From NCBI RefSeq assembly GCF_006345805.1, contig NC_042997.1, forward strand, positions 53,816,001 through 53,880,000: a DNA stretch of 64,000 nt. The letters are read 5' to 3'. The position numbers were made by a program, and so were the translations under genes. The DNA comes from Octopus sinensis. Its lineage: Eukaryota. The notes under the pieces are model-generated. The model was not told the origin of the DNA. It made no database searches and worked only from the letters and a program-made list of their open reading frames with translations. Positions 1 to 12,417 of the stretch are shown here, piece by piece (the stretch's first letter is position 1; every line of letters starts with the position of its first letter).

Positions 1-82
1 AAATGAAAGAAAGTGGCGTTCAACACATTTGATAAGAATTACATAATTTATAAGTGTGACTCAGTGCCATACGACCTAAAGT

Positions 83-162
83 GTTGTGGGTTCGTAGGAC
101 CAACACATCTCATTAGATATCTAGATATCTGATAAGATGGGTTCGTCTTACGAGCTCTCGAA
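83..162. repeat. Degenerate ~70-bp palindrome flanked by a 9-bp direct repeat (tiny MITE-like hairpin)
   Basis: Arms 88-122 and 123-157 pair at 28/35 positions with no spacer; acctaaagt occurs at 74-82 and 163-171. Confidence 0.55.
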
Positions 163-590
163 ACCTAAAGTCATAGCGTTGAGTCATCTATGTGTATATG
201 TACGTGTTAAACGTACTGAGGTCCTGTGGTTGAGCTATAATAACCTTAAGAAACAAGCCTTTTTATATAGGAAAATATCATTGTCTCCTCCATAAAGGAA
301 CAATGTAGAATTATGCAAGTAAAGCGTTTAAACTGACGTAACATTAATGTCATTATTTTTATGTGCAGATCAAGAATTGTGAAACCTCAGCACACTCATG
401 TACTACGATAAGAGAAGTATTCCATTTAACTGTTTTCAACCAAACATGAAGTTGCTCTATTTGAATCAATCGAAGGCAACTACTAAGAAGTTGTAAGGCT
501 GTCCCATTTTTATCGATACAATTTAATAAAGACCGCAATAGTAAAGCTGTACTACGCCCATGTCGATATTCTGCATTAACCGAAGGGGGT

Positions 591-800
591 GAGGTGGCGG
601 AATCATTAGCACGCCGGACAAAATGCTTAGCGGCATTTCGTCTGTTTTTTCGTTTTGAGTTCAAATTCCGCAAAGGTCGACTTTGCCTCTCATAATTTTG
701 GGATCAATAAAATGAGTACCAGTTAAGTATTGGGGTCGATGTAATCGAATTAGCTTCCCTCCCGAACTTGTTGTCCTCGTGCTAAAATTTGAAGCCGATA
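591..800 (+). mobile_element. tRNA-derived SINE, family A (degenerate)
   Basis: ggcggaatcattagcacgccgg head, gagttcaaattccgc B-box-like motif and gtcgactttgcct...gataaaatgagtacc body, shared with at least 10 other copies in the window. Confidence 0.75.
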
Positions 801-1265
801 TTATGTATTGACTCTGTCAACTATTAACAAGCTGAGAAAAGCAACTTTATCTAGTCAATAGGATTGGCAGATTATTTTATGGGAATATATAATCTAAGAT
901 TGTATGAAAGATATATTTGGAGAATATAACTAGAAAGATATATAGAAAGGTGTTTTAATTAACCTTGATGCTTTTCTATTTACTGTTTTGTCAAAAACTT
1001 GTTTTTTACTGTACCCAAGAAATTTGCCACATAATTTATAAGTTCTGTTTGAATAATTCTACAACAGAAGTCGAAATCACTATCTTTTGATTGCTAATTC
1101 TAGTTATTTCTACGGCACCAAGTAGAAATTACTCTCATACGTATTTTAAATTTTTGTCCTTCGTCGTGCTATACATATACCCAGATTTATCTACTATAAG
1201 TCACGTTACAGACCGATGTTTCTCTTAATATAATATGCACTTCCACTTTATTATATACTTACCTT

Positions 1266-1479
1266 AAGGCTGCGAGCTGGCAGAATCGTTAGCATGCCGG
1301 GCGAAATGCTTAGCAGTATTTCGTCTGTTGCTACGTTCTGAGTTCAAATTCCGCCGAGGTCGACTTTCATCCTTTCGGGGTCGATAAAATAAGTATCGGT
1401 TCCGCACTGGAATCGATGTAATCGACTAGCCCTCTTTCCCCGCCAAATTTTCGAGGCCTTGTGCCTAGAGTAAAAATAA
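1266..1479 (+). mobile_element. tRNA-derived SINE family A with 15-bp TSD
   Basis: aaggctgcgagctggcagaatcgttagc head; TSD ttatatacttacctt at 1251-1265 and 1480-1494. Confidence 0.9.
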
Positions 1480-3154
1480 TTATATACTTACCTTTTCCAA
1501 ACCTATGAAATGATCTCTACCTGGCCACACGGTCTATTCCAAATAGTTACCGAATTCCCTTTCAGATCAGACCCTACCGTATTGGGAAACGAGCAGGAAT
1601 ATTGGATAATGTATTCCAAGATGACTCTAAAATGACGTAGTTATCTTAGCAAGAATACTTTTAATCAAAGATCACTTTGGTTAGGGCAAATTTGGGTCTA
1701 AACAACAATAGCCTATCTTTCTTAGATTTCTACCGCTTCTTTCATCATCGGGGTCTGCAGTAAATATTACGTATGGCCCCTACATATGAGCAGTTTCCCG
1801 CTTAAATGTGAAGACCTGATGAAAGTGCCAATATGGACTAAGTTAATTCTTGTTGCTGGTCTTTGTCACTGTCACCAAACTACATACAGAGGTACACATT
1901 TTCCCATTTTACTACTCTATTACCCAAACACATTTTTGGCAAGTATGCTTTTGAAAATGTTACACCCAATCAATTATCAATAGAGGCTTCAAAAACCAAC
2001 AAACCACTTAATTTGTAAAAATAATATACCTCTTTTGTATGAAGTATTCAGTTTTATGATTAATTTCCTTTCATAAAACACTTATCTATTGAAAGGGATG
2101 ACTGAAATATATTGCAGGATTAACGCTGTGTTTAACGCTTTCAGTGTGGTCGTTCGCCTGATATCAGAAGCAACACTTGTAACCAAAAACGAAAAAAATG
2201 TAGAATGTGTTATAAAGAAGAGATGGCGACACGCAGCTTGAAAGTAATCTTTTCTAGAACAATATTGCTCAGTCTGTTACTGTAATTAAAAAGATAATAT
2301 ACCGCTACTGCTACATTGTGTTGAACCATTGTAATTATTTTCAAGTATCTCCTTAGAAGCCTCACTAGGAATCAAGAATCCGTCTATGAACCGCATCAAA
2401 TATTACTGACCTTAGAAGAGCTAAACAATAAGTTTTGAGATTATAAAAGGATCACAATACTTAGTATTTTAGTGTATAGAGAGCAACATAAAAAATAAGT
2501 AAATGTTTTTATTTTGATTATCTCTAGGGGAGCGAAAGAGTGGCAGAAGAGATAAAATGACAGAAATACTTCAGCACGTTCTTTATATATTCTGAATTCA
2601 AATCCTGCCAAGATCGACTTTATCTTACATTCCTTAAGGACCAATAAAACAATTACCAGCCATGATGTACTGGAATCTATTAAAGGGTTATACTTGTCTC
2701 CATAAGCGTATGGTTTTCTATCTATGTTTAATGTCATTATCACTGTTTCTCGGGACTTTCAAAACACTAATAGTAGAGCACCGAAACTGGTAAAATCAAA
2801 TTCTTACTGAAATTAATGCAAGAGTTTAAAGAGATGGACTTACGTTACAACTCCAGCGTATATGAACAATTTGGGAACTCCTACCGAACAGGCATGAGAC
2901 CATGTTTTCGAAGAAAGTGTTAATATTCACAAGCTTTAACGTTTGAGTTGATCTTATCTGAATATTTTCGACGTCCCTAGCTTTCAGGTAAAAAGTTTCG
3001 GTCGCATTTACAAACATTTTAACTTTGTATTGAACTATATTTGAGATATCTGCGTACATCCTTCAACATCGGGGCATTGATAATTCAAAACTTCTAAATA
3101 AACAAAAATCAGCACGGATAATATTAAAATGTATGTAATATTATATATAGCTAT

Positions 3155-3365
3155 AAGGCGGCAAGCTGGCAGAATCGTTAGCGCGCCGGACAAAATGCTT
3201 AGCGCCATTTCGTCCCTCTTTAAGTTCTGAGGTTGATTTTTGTTTGTTTCTTTTAATCTTTTCGGTGTCGATAAAATAAGTACCAGTTGAGCATTGGGGT
3301 CGACTTAATCAACTTAGCCTCCCCTTAAATTGTAGATTTTTTGCCAACATTTGAAACCAGTATTA
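3155..3365 (+). mobile_element. tRNA-derived SINE family A
   Basis: aaggcggcaagctggcagaatcgttagc head and ccaacatttgaaaccagtatt tail. Confidence 0.85.
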
Positions 3366-3476
3366 AGGGTGTGTTGTCATGTATACGTACATACATAAAT
3401 AAATAAGCATACATCTCTTTCGTATGTATGTGTGCGTGCGTGTATGAGAGAGAGAGTGAGTGCCACTTAGACATCA

Positions 3477-3528
<52 letters not shown>

Positions 3529-3887
3529 CATATATACAAAAAAGGTGTATGCATATGTATTTATGTTCGTATATATGACAGCACCTCCTCTCTCTCTCTC
3601 TCCCTCTCTCTCGCACACACACATACATAAATGTATACAAACGTACATACAAAAGCACAAGTGTGCGTATGTGACTGACTACAAATACATAGAGCTGAAC
3701 ACAGCGCGTAAAAAGTAAATGATTTTTTAAAAATTACGGAAATTAACGAATTGTGCGGGTTCAAGTAAAAGAATGTCCATATCTTTTTGGACGCCCCATG
3801 TTGAATTGCAACATTTAATGTCATATTTGTGTAATAACGAAATCATGTCATGTCATGTGATGTGATGTCATGTGATGTCATGTCATG

Positions 3888-4943
3888 TCATGTCGGCAAT
3901 GGTACCATAGGGCTGACTGTGGGCTTGTGGTGGTGGACAGTCACCCCAATGGCGCTTAGAGCATTTGCGCCACCAACACCATGAGCACTACTAGTAGCAC
4001 CACCACCACTAGCACCTCCAATACCAATAGCATCACCAACAACACAACTAGCACCACCAGCACCACCGCCACCACTAGCACCACCAACACCATTAGTACC
4101 ACCTGCGCCGATAGCACCACCAACACCACATGAACCAGTAGGCTCGCCAGCACCACTAGCACCAACAATACCAGAAGCACCACTCGCAACACTAGCACCA
4201 TTAGCAGCACCAAGACCACTAGCACCACCAGCACCATTAGCACCACTAACACCACGAGCACCTCTAGCACCACCAGCAAAACAAGCACAACTAGCACCAC
4301 CAACACCACCACCATTAGCATCACCAGCACCACTAGCACCACCAGCACCACAAGCATCTCTAGCACCACCAGTACCACCACTTGCACCACCAGCACCACT
4401 AGCACCACAAACACCACTAACACCTCCAACACCAATAGCATAGGTAACTGTGGGCTGGTAGTGCTAGACAGTCACCCCAATGGCGCTTCAGACCGAGGTA
4501 TTACCACAATAGGGCTGACTGTGGGCTGGGATTGATAGACAGCCGCCCCATTTAGCACCACCAGCAACATTTGCACCACCAACATCACGAGCACCACTAG
4601 CACCACTAGCACCACAAGTACTACTAACACCACCAGCACCACTAGCACCATCAAGACCACCACAACCATTGGCACCACCAGCAACACTAGCACCACCAAC
4701 ACCACTAGCACCATCAACAGCACCACCAACACCACTAGCACCATCAACAGCAACACTAGCACCATCAACAGTACCACTAGCATCACTAACATCACCAGCA
4801 CCTCTCACACCAACAGCACCTGCAGCACAACCAACACCACCAGTACCACTAGCACCACCACCACCAGAAAGTTGATAACCCCACAAAATGGCAAAACATT
4901 GCATTTTAATATATATAATGCATAATTTTGAATGAAACCACAC
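3888..4943 (-). repeat. Degenerate GGT/GCT/AGT codon-like repeat; Gly/Ala/Ser-rich frame with two internal stops (possible pseudogene)
   Basis: Minus frame 4943-3888 reads GASG/GAGG repeats with stops only at 4488-4490 and 4464-4466; a ~50-bp linker recurs at 3907-3958, 4440-4488 and 4509-4553. Confidence 0.6.
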
Positions 4944-5009
4944 AAAAACTATAACTTTAATTATTTGCTAATAAGTATATTGATATAAAATAAGCTTATT
5001 CCAACTAAT

Positions 5010-6160
5010 AAAAGTTTTGCAAGATGGCGGAAATCCAAGGTGGCGGCCAAAATTCACTATTTAGATAGACGGATTTTACGGTATAGCGGGTAGGCGGTTT
5101 ATTTCATGTCATTTCATATGTTTGCGAGGTCTAGAAGTTCAAATCTTTTGTTTAAAATGTGTTACAGAATGTTATAAACCAATCGTTGAATTTTATACGC
5201 TCCACCAGCTAGACAAGATATATTCGAGTTTTCTTGTAAATGCAACATCAAACTCATCCAGTGTCACTGAACATGCTCTTGGTTGCATAACAAGATTAAT
5301 CAATTATGATTTTGATCACAAGTCTGTGAATTCTACAAGCACATTCAAGCACGGATTTAAAAATCCGTTGCCCTGAAGAATGAACTCAAATTAGCATCTT
5401 CCAAGTTAAATCCAAGTCGGCTGATCTGATTGAACATCGAAAGTCCGAGGCATTCAGGCAATATACCAAACTCACCAAACCTGGGGGAGGGTGGGGGCTA
5501 ATGCCTGACATCATTAAAGAAAAGGATAACCAATAGCAGCAGTTAATGGTGGAGGGACTGGAGAAGAAGAAATTCGCCAACATTGCACTGGTTAGACGAC
5601 GAACAGCCGACTTAGATATTTTGAAAAATCATGGTGGACCGTTTACTAGCAGCACTGAGGTAGATGCCTATCTTCTGGCAGATATACGAAATAAGAAAAA
5701 GTCGATAGGCTGTATTTGGAAATCAGATATACCAGGGACACTGCCCTTTCTGTGCCAAAAACCAGCGACATTTTTCGTCTTGAATAAAAATTATCAAAAA
5801 TTGTCAATGGAACGATAAGCAATGAACTTGAAAATTTACTTGGATAATGTGAGTTGCAAAACTGATGTAAGCCTTATTGATTTCAATCATGCATTGGAAG
5901 ACTTAGTGTGAGGTTATGGAGCCATAATATTTGTAAAAGTATTATTGTATCATATAAATTACGGAACTGAGGAAATGCTTTTTCTTTCGTAAAATTAAAT
6001 TACTTAATTATTAGTTATTAAACACATCAAATTCGTGTTCTATGATCTCAACAACATATATAAAGACATATCACATGACATTCTTGGTAACAGCTACTAA
6101 TTTCGTTAAAACATTGTGTATTTTGGCCGCCATACTGGAAAATCAATTTGCAAAACTAAT
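5010..6160 (+). mobile_element. DNA-transposon-like deletion derivative with a frameshifted coding remnant; superfamily not identified
   Basis: Inverted repeats agttttgcaa...tggcggccaaaat.cac at ~5012-5058 and ~6118-6158; internal protein-like text KSADLIEHRKSEAFRQY..LKNHGGPFTSSTEVDAYL../RLYLEIRYTRDT..PKTSDIFRL. Confidence 0.45.
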
Positions 6161-7789
6161 ACTATTTTGGGGATTAGTATTAAAAAATCTATGCTAAGCT
6201 AAAATATTATATATTTACGTACACTATGGAGTTTGAAATCGATTAAATTAATATTTACCCCTATTTTGCGGGGGTGGGAGGCAAACTTCAAGGGGCAAAA
6301 AAAGTTTATATCATTGTTTTGTGACCCTAACCACAACTTTTCAGGAATTCACCAAAAGAAGCTCGAAAAAATCAAAATAACATCTTCCACCTACCACTAC
6401 GCAATACCTATGTCCCAGAATGTTTGGCCTTGTCTTTATATTGGAAGTAGGTATTAAGAAACTGAATAATGGTTTCGTGTGTTCACAGAAATGGTAGAGC
6501 GCCCTATTAAATGCTTCCCAGTATTTAAATTTTTGTGGGTGCGCCCGCTTTGAATTGAAATTCCACACAAGTCAACTTTTCCTTTCACTACTTTGAGTCT
6601 TTAAAATACATATAAGTTATGTACCGGAGCTGATTCAATTAACCAAATCTCTTTTCCAACAAATATGTGGCCTAATGCCAATATTAGAAACTAATATTAA
6701 GAAAAAGAAGAGAAAAAATCAGTATTAAAACAAGAAGCTGAAAGAAGTTTAAATATTTCTATTTGTTGGTTTGAGTTGGTATGAACGTGACTTTTACAAA
6801 ATTGATAACAAATCACCAAGTAACAAATAACAGCTGATATTCAGTATCCTACTTGCAACTGTAATTGTAGAAAATTAGAATCTGTTATAATTCTAGCCAC
6901 CTGTTGTATGAGGTAAAGATCAGTAGCCTTTGTACTCTTAAACCATATTCACCTTAGAGATAGACATAACTGGGTGAGATAAGTACGACGGTTAATGTTC
7001 AATTTGAGTTGCAGCAGGCTGTAGTTGGAACAAAAAGAAGGAGAGAGTATTCCGAGGAAATAATGGTGTAGAAAAAAAAGATTGCATTTTCTGATAGATG
7101 GACTTTAGTAACGACAATGTGTTCAAAGGATAATTAAAGCGAATTTAGGTGGTGTCAGAAAGATTAGAAAAGCTAAGACTTTTCTGGTATAAGTTAAATA
7201 TGCTGAGATAGATGGTGAAAGGGGTGAGGAAGGAAGAGGTAATCATTATTTTGAGAAAGTTGCTTAACTCAGTTCAGCTCTGACTTCGTAGGCATATGAT
7301 CAAAGGGGTTCTAGTCATACCAATCCGTCTTTTTACTACACCTTTTCACTTTCTGCATTTTAAATTAAATTAAATTAATTTCAAATTAAAATAAACGAAC
7401 CATCTATGCATCATATTGCTTTCGCACAGTCGATAGGCCAGTTACGGCTGTATTTGTCCCGAGATAACATCTCTTGAGGATTAGTTCTGTTGAAAACACA
7501 ATAAATATTAGAAGGAAACGAAAATTCGTTCCAGCAGCGGCTAGAGAGAGAGCAACAAATGCATTTCAGCCCTCTTAGACCTTTTCAACGGTGCCATACT
7601 CGCAGCCAACCATAGGTTCGGACGAGAATTTGTCTTTGATAAAGGTAAAAGTGAACAGAACATTTACTGATACTATGAATAGCCGCCAGGCTTATTCAAA
7701 ATCTTGTATACGAAACTGGGGCAGTATTTAATTAAAATAGGCATCTATGTATCGGGTGGTTATTCTCAACATCACAGGTACATATCCCG

Positions 7790-8130
7790 CAAGTTAGAGG
7801 ACAACAGCAAACACAACAGGCCTGAAAAGTCATGCAGTTATTGAGGTCAGCTGCCAAGTGGATATGAACATTCTATGACAAGTTCAAGAGAAAGAGAACA
7901 TTTATGGTGAAGTAATACGGAACTTTCGGCGCTTGTACTCTGGTTATATATTTTCATTTGCACCTATTATCATAGAAGCATTGGGCTATGTAACCACAGG
8001 TTTGCAGAAAAACTTAGAAATGCAAAGACGTTCTAAGAAAGAGCAAAAGAAACTGACGCGCATCCTCCACTTCCAATCTATTATCGGCACAGCAAATATT
8101 TGTAAGCCATTCCAAAGATTCTGCATCTAA
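7790..8130 (+). pseudogene. 3' fragment of an RLE-type non-LTR retrotransposon (R2/R4-like restriction-like endonuclease domain)
   Basis: Frameshifted KHNRPE / AVIEVSCQVDMNI / EKENIYGEVIRN / LYSGYIFSFAPIIIEALGYV / QSIIGTANICK matches the HNRPD..E..C..K..Y..PIIIGALG pattern. Confidence 0.7.
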
Positions 8131-8278
8131 GTTTCTTTAAATGGATATATGCACACACTTAGCTGTGTGCATCAACGGAGACACATATATAAATAGTAAT
8201 GATGCACACACACACACACATACACCTAAGTACTAAAGAGACATGCTCACTTAGTACATAACTGCAGATGCATACACC

Positions 8279-8332
<54 letters not shown>

Positions 8333-8351
8333 TGTGTGCGTGTGTGTGTGT

Positions 8352-8560
8352 GTGACCGCGTGTGTATCATTGGCGATTTTTTTTCCTCCGTCTTCCCTTC
8401 TTTGGATCCTTCCTTTTTCTATATTTCTGACGAAGAGCTCCGCTCGAAACGTTAAATCCTCCGTCTTTCTTTCCTTTCCTGAGCGTCCAATAATACTATA
8501 CTTGTTCCACGTCCTCGCGTTGTTGTGTTTTCTCTTTGTGCTTTCATGTTTGGATAAACT
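8352..8560 (+). mobile_element. ~200-bp HHR-bearing dispersed repeat, family E, copy 1
   Basis: Homologous to 62924-63126 (+) and, more distantly, ~43390-43590 (-); lies between (TG)n and (TA)n. Confidence 0.8.
8423..8457 (+). ncRNA. Minimal type I hammerhead ribozyme (family E)
   Basis: ATTT-CTGACGA-A-GAGC(TCC)GCTC-GAAAC-GTT-AAAT: stem I ATTT/AAAT, palindromic ACGT stem III, GUU triplet; one extra A after the core. Confidence 0.65.
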
Positions 8561-8571
8561 ATATATATATA

Positions 8572-9118
8572 TATTTTCATTTCACTAAATTTATCAAGCT
8601 TCTGTGTATCTAGTACATACTTCGCCTTTAATGTACTTATATATGAATAATATATGGCCTGTGCTAAAAACACCAGCGATAATAATTAATTTTATTTTAT
8701 TGCATTCTGACTTTGTTTACATATTTCTCGATAAATTTTGAGCGTTAGACTATATACCAGAAATCCCTAGTTTGTCGGGTACGTTCTGCGTCTGCGCAGT
8801 GATCTGATTAGTTAGAAAGAGCAAATCAGTAGACGCACATGTGTCTATCGAGGTGCGATCTCAAAATAACAGGAATCTTACTGAAGAGCCTACCTGAGTA
8901 AATAAATATTATTTTTATTGCTGAAATAGGCGAAACTGCAGTCTAAGAAGAACCGAGTTAGTAAAAGTTTTTTATTTTCATTTCACTAAATTTATCAAGC
9001 TTCTGTGTATCTAGTACATACTTCGCCTTTAATGTACTTATATATGAATAATATATGGCCTGTGCTAGAAACACGAGCGATAATAATTAATTTTATTTTA
9101 TCGCATTCTGACTTTGTT

Positions 9119-9120
<2 letters not shown>
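8572..9120 (+). mobile_element. Partial tandem (1.37-mer of a 401-nt unit), retrozyme/PLE-pLTR-like element in (TA)n
   Basis: ~148-bp direct repeats at 8572-8719 and 8973-9120, offset 401; non-coding; (TA)n on both sides; contains an HHR. Confidence 0.8.
8876..8948 (+). ncRNA. Type I hammerhead ribozyme with canonical core
   Basis: TCTTA-CTGAAGA-GCCTA..TAGGC-GAAAC-TGCA-GTC-TAAGA: 5-bp stem I, 5-bp stem II base, perfectly palindromic ACTGCAGT stem III, GUC cleavage triplet (cut predicted after 8943). Confidence 0.9.
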
Positions 9121-9187
<67 letters not shown>

Positions 9188-9873
9188 CTAACTCAACCAC
9201 ATATTATAAACCCCGGAACTCAAAAAGCTTTGTCGCTTTGTTAATGAGCAGCCTCAACTCCATGGGAAAATTTACATATAACTCACAGAAAAGCATGCAC
9301 ACACATCCAGATATGTATGCTTCGATGTGTGTTACGGATAGCATTGCTAGTGTTAAGAATGAAGAATATTAGCTATAAACATAGTGTGGCGCCAGTGAAA
9401 AGATATAATCCGTCAATCTACATCGACGCTCTCATTTGTGATACAGACGAATAAAAAAAATACCTAACCAATGCTTTTAATGATCAAGGTCTGAAAATTT
9501 GACCATGACCTTATATACCAATGAACAAATTTGATCACCAGATGATGGTAGAAAACCTCCTTAACAGGGTTAGCAAATGAGAGACCGATGACATTTCAGT
9601 GTTGATTGGTATCGGGAAGATCATATATAAATATAAATAAACTTATAGTCAACGACATAGTAGACCCGAAGAAAATCTTGATCCAACTTGAAACAGCTTG
9701 CTTATATTAGCTTCTCTACTCAGTGCTTAATGTGAATTCTACGTGTGCCAGCGCCACTAATATACATACGATTATGAATAGGTGAATATGTGTTTATAAA
9801 CATTAATCAGATATGTTTATCTTTATAAACGCACACACGCACATACACACATGTATGTATGTATGTATGTATG

Positions 9874-9904
<31 letters not shown>

Positions 9905-9946
9905 GTATGAATATATGTATATAAGTGCGTGTGTATACATACATGC

Positions 9947-9998
<52 letters not shown>

Positions 9999-10289
9999 TG
10001 TATGTATACACACGCACTTATATACATATCTACGTATTTACCTTATATACGTATATATCTATATATGTATAGGTATGTATACACACACACATATATATAC
10101 ATGCATATATAAGTGTGTGTGTGTATGCATGTGTGAGTTTGTGAGTGTGTGTATGTATGTATGTATGTATGTATGTATGTATGTATTTGTTATACTGTTG
10201 ACGTCATAAGAATTTATAGAATTTCGAAAAAACGTGAAATAGATCTCTTTTGAATAGTGGATCTTGAAACACACAAAGTTATAAATATT

Positions 10290-10836
10290 AGCGTTCCCTT
10301 CTCTTCCTTCTCCCATCGCCACCAGCTTCATTGTCTGCATACTTTGCACCTTTAAAATCTATTTTCTTCCCCCATATTCATGAACTTGAAAGCCCTGGCT
10401 ACCCCCACTATCTCCATCTGTAACTGCCCGACCGCACGACCTCATCCTTTCACTCTTAGCTGCCTTCTCGTTTCACGTCCATAACTCAGCCATGCCCTTC
10501 GTCTCTCCTACTCCTTCCCTTCCAGTCCCCTGTTCACCACAGTCAGTCTTGGACAATTTGTCGCCCGAAGAACTTTGTGAATGGCACGCTTAAAGAAAAA
10601 TTACTTTGAATTCTTTTAATAGTACGACTCACCTAATGATGATCCATGTCTCATGCGGCCTGCTTCTCGAGAAAGGTTTGCGCATGCATGCCATGGACAT
10701 TAAATCTCTCCGCTTTATCATACTTCATAATGACAGTTTCTTGGCTCTCCACTACTTCCTGAATCATCGAACCAGCATCCAACTTTATAAGTACTCCTTT
10801 TGCCGCTTAGCTGAACTAATAATCACCCATAACTAA
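10290..10836 (+). pseudogene. Penelope-like element reverse transcriptase fragment
   Basis: IYFLPHIHELESPGYP / TISICNCPT corresponds to the PLE FYxLPKIHK..PGRPI.S.CNCPT motif; MDIKSLRFIILHNDSFLALHYFLNHR..RLAELIITHN corresponds to MDVxSLYTxIPH..L.AL..FL..RLAELVLT.N. Confidence 0.8.
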
Positions 10837-12125
10837 GGTTGCTATAGAAACGAGAAGTGAATCGTTGATACAATGGAAATATAATCTTAATGTGCTTACC
10901 TTAGTAAAGAACTCAATTTTATGGAAAATATTTGCATCTAAATGAAAAATAAAACATCAGATAGCATGCCATATCTGTCTTTTGTCTTCTGATTAAGCAA
11001 TAACAGAAGCAGAGAAATAAAAAAATCATTGTGCCCTGCAAAAATACCGTTGTGTTGAGTTATGCCCCTTGATTGATGTAACTGCTCGTTCGCGTGAAAT
11101 ATTTTGGAATATTCATTTGTGACCTTCCTTTTGGTATCATACATTGGATTAGGTAATACAAACTACACGCATTAAGTTGTAAATCTGAATTTCAAACAGT
11201 ACCAGGATCAAACATTTCGGTTAAAGTCGATTAAATAAATACCATCCAGGTAGTGGAGCCACTCCAACTGACTACTACATCTTGCTTAGAAACCAGTAAT
11301 CCTGCACCAAGCTTTAAAATGCTCCAAAAAAAAAAAAAAAAAACAACTTAGAAGCCAATGAAGGAGCTTCTAAATGGTCGATTAAAGTAGCAACCTAATC
11401 TTCCCTAAGTTATTCGTCACTGTCTTAGAAAATAACTCATTTGGAGTTTACCCGGGGAAAAGAAAGAATGGTCAACACTGGATTGCCATCAGTCTTAGGT
11501 CTACTCAATGAGAACTAAAAGCAACAACTTCAACAATGATAACATCCGCAATAGCACCAGCAACAACATTATTTATCCAACTGCCGTGTTCCGATCGAAT
11601 CGCGGGCACGGCATTGCAAAGTTAAAGAGTTCGCTTCGGAATAGTGTGGTTTTGCATTCGATCTCGCGTTGCGGCACGTAAAGGATGTTTCTGCCATAGT
11701 AGCTTCGGCATTTGGCAAAGATTGTGAGAAGGCTGTCGATGGGGCCATTCCTTTTCAGTGTGGTATACATAAAACATTGCCCAGTTTTAACACCACTATC
11801 TGCCTATATGGATATCTTTAGTGGTACCCGCTCTGTTGAAAGTAATCAGATCAAGTATCTAGTCTCAGGTTAACTTACTCCCCACGCCATTACTGTTCTA
11901 GAAGGCCCTGGAAATAGTCATTGGCGCTGGACTTCCTTCTTTGTAACTGAGACATTAAAACAGAAGCTGGACAAATGCATGAAATAACTGAAAAATCAGG
12001 CCTATATTGTGCATAATCGTTGATCGACTTCGTGCATGCTGTAGGTTTCCTCTACAAAAATGGACCTGGGCTACATAACAACAACAATAATTACTCCCAA
12101 AATGGGAGATCTTGTGCGCCCATGT

Positions 12126-12156
12126 TAGTAGTAGTAGTAGTACTGGTAGTAGTAGT

Positions 12157-12217
<61 letters not shown>

Positions 12218-12233
12218 TAGTAGTAGTAGTAGT

Positions 12234-12295
<62 letters not shown>

Positions 12296-12308
12296 CAGTA
12301 GCAGCAGC

Positions 12309-12355
<47 letters not shown>

Positions 12356-12356
12356 T

Positions 12357-12391
<35 letters not shown>

Positions 12392-12417
12392 TAGTAGCAG
12401 CAGCAGCAGCAGTAGTA
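12126..12417. repeat. Compound (AGT)n/(AGC)n trinucleotide microsatellite
   Basis: Alternating agt and agc blocks; source of the spurious poly-T/A/S/V ORFs. Confidence 0.95.

Noticed and set aside
11573-11770. GC-richer ORF (MYTTLKRNGP...) as a host exon
   Set aside because: No recognisable domain, and the aaaggaatggcccc motif recurs near 60283, suggesting a repeat fragment.
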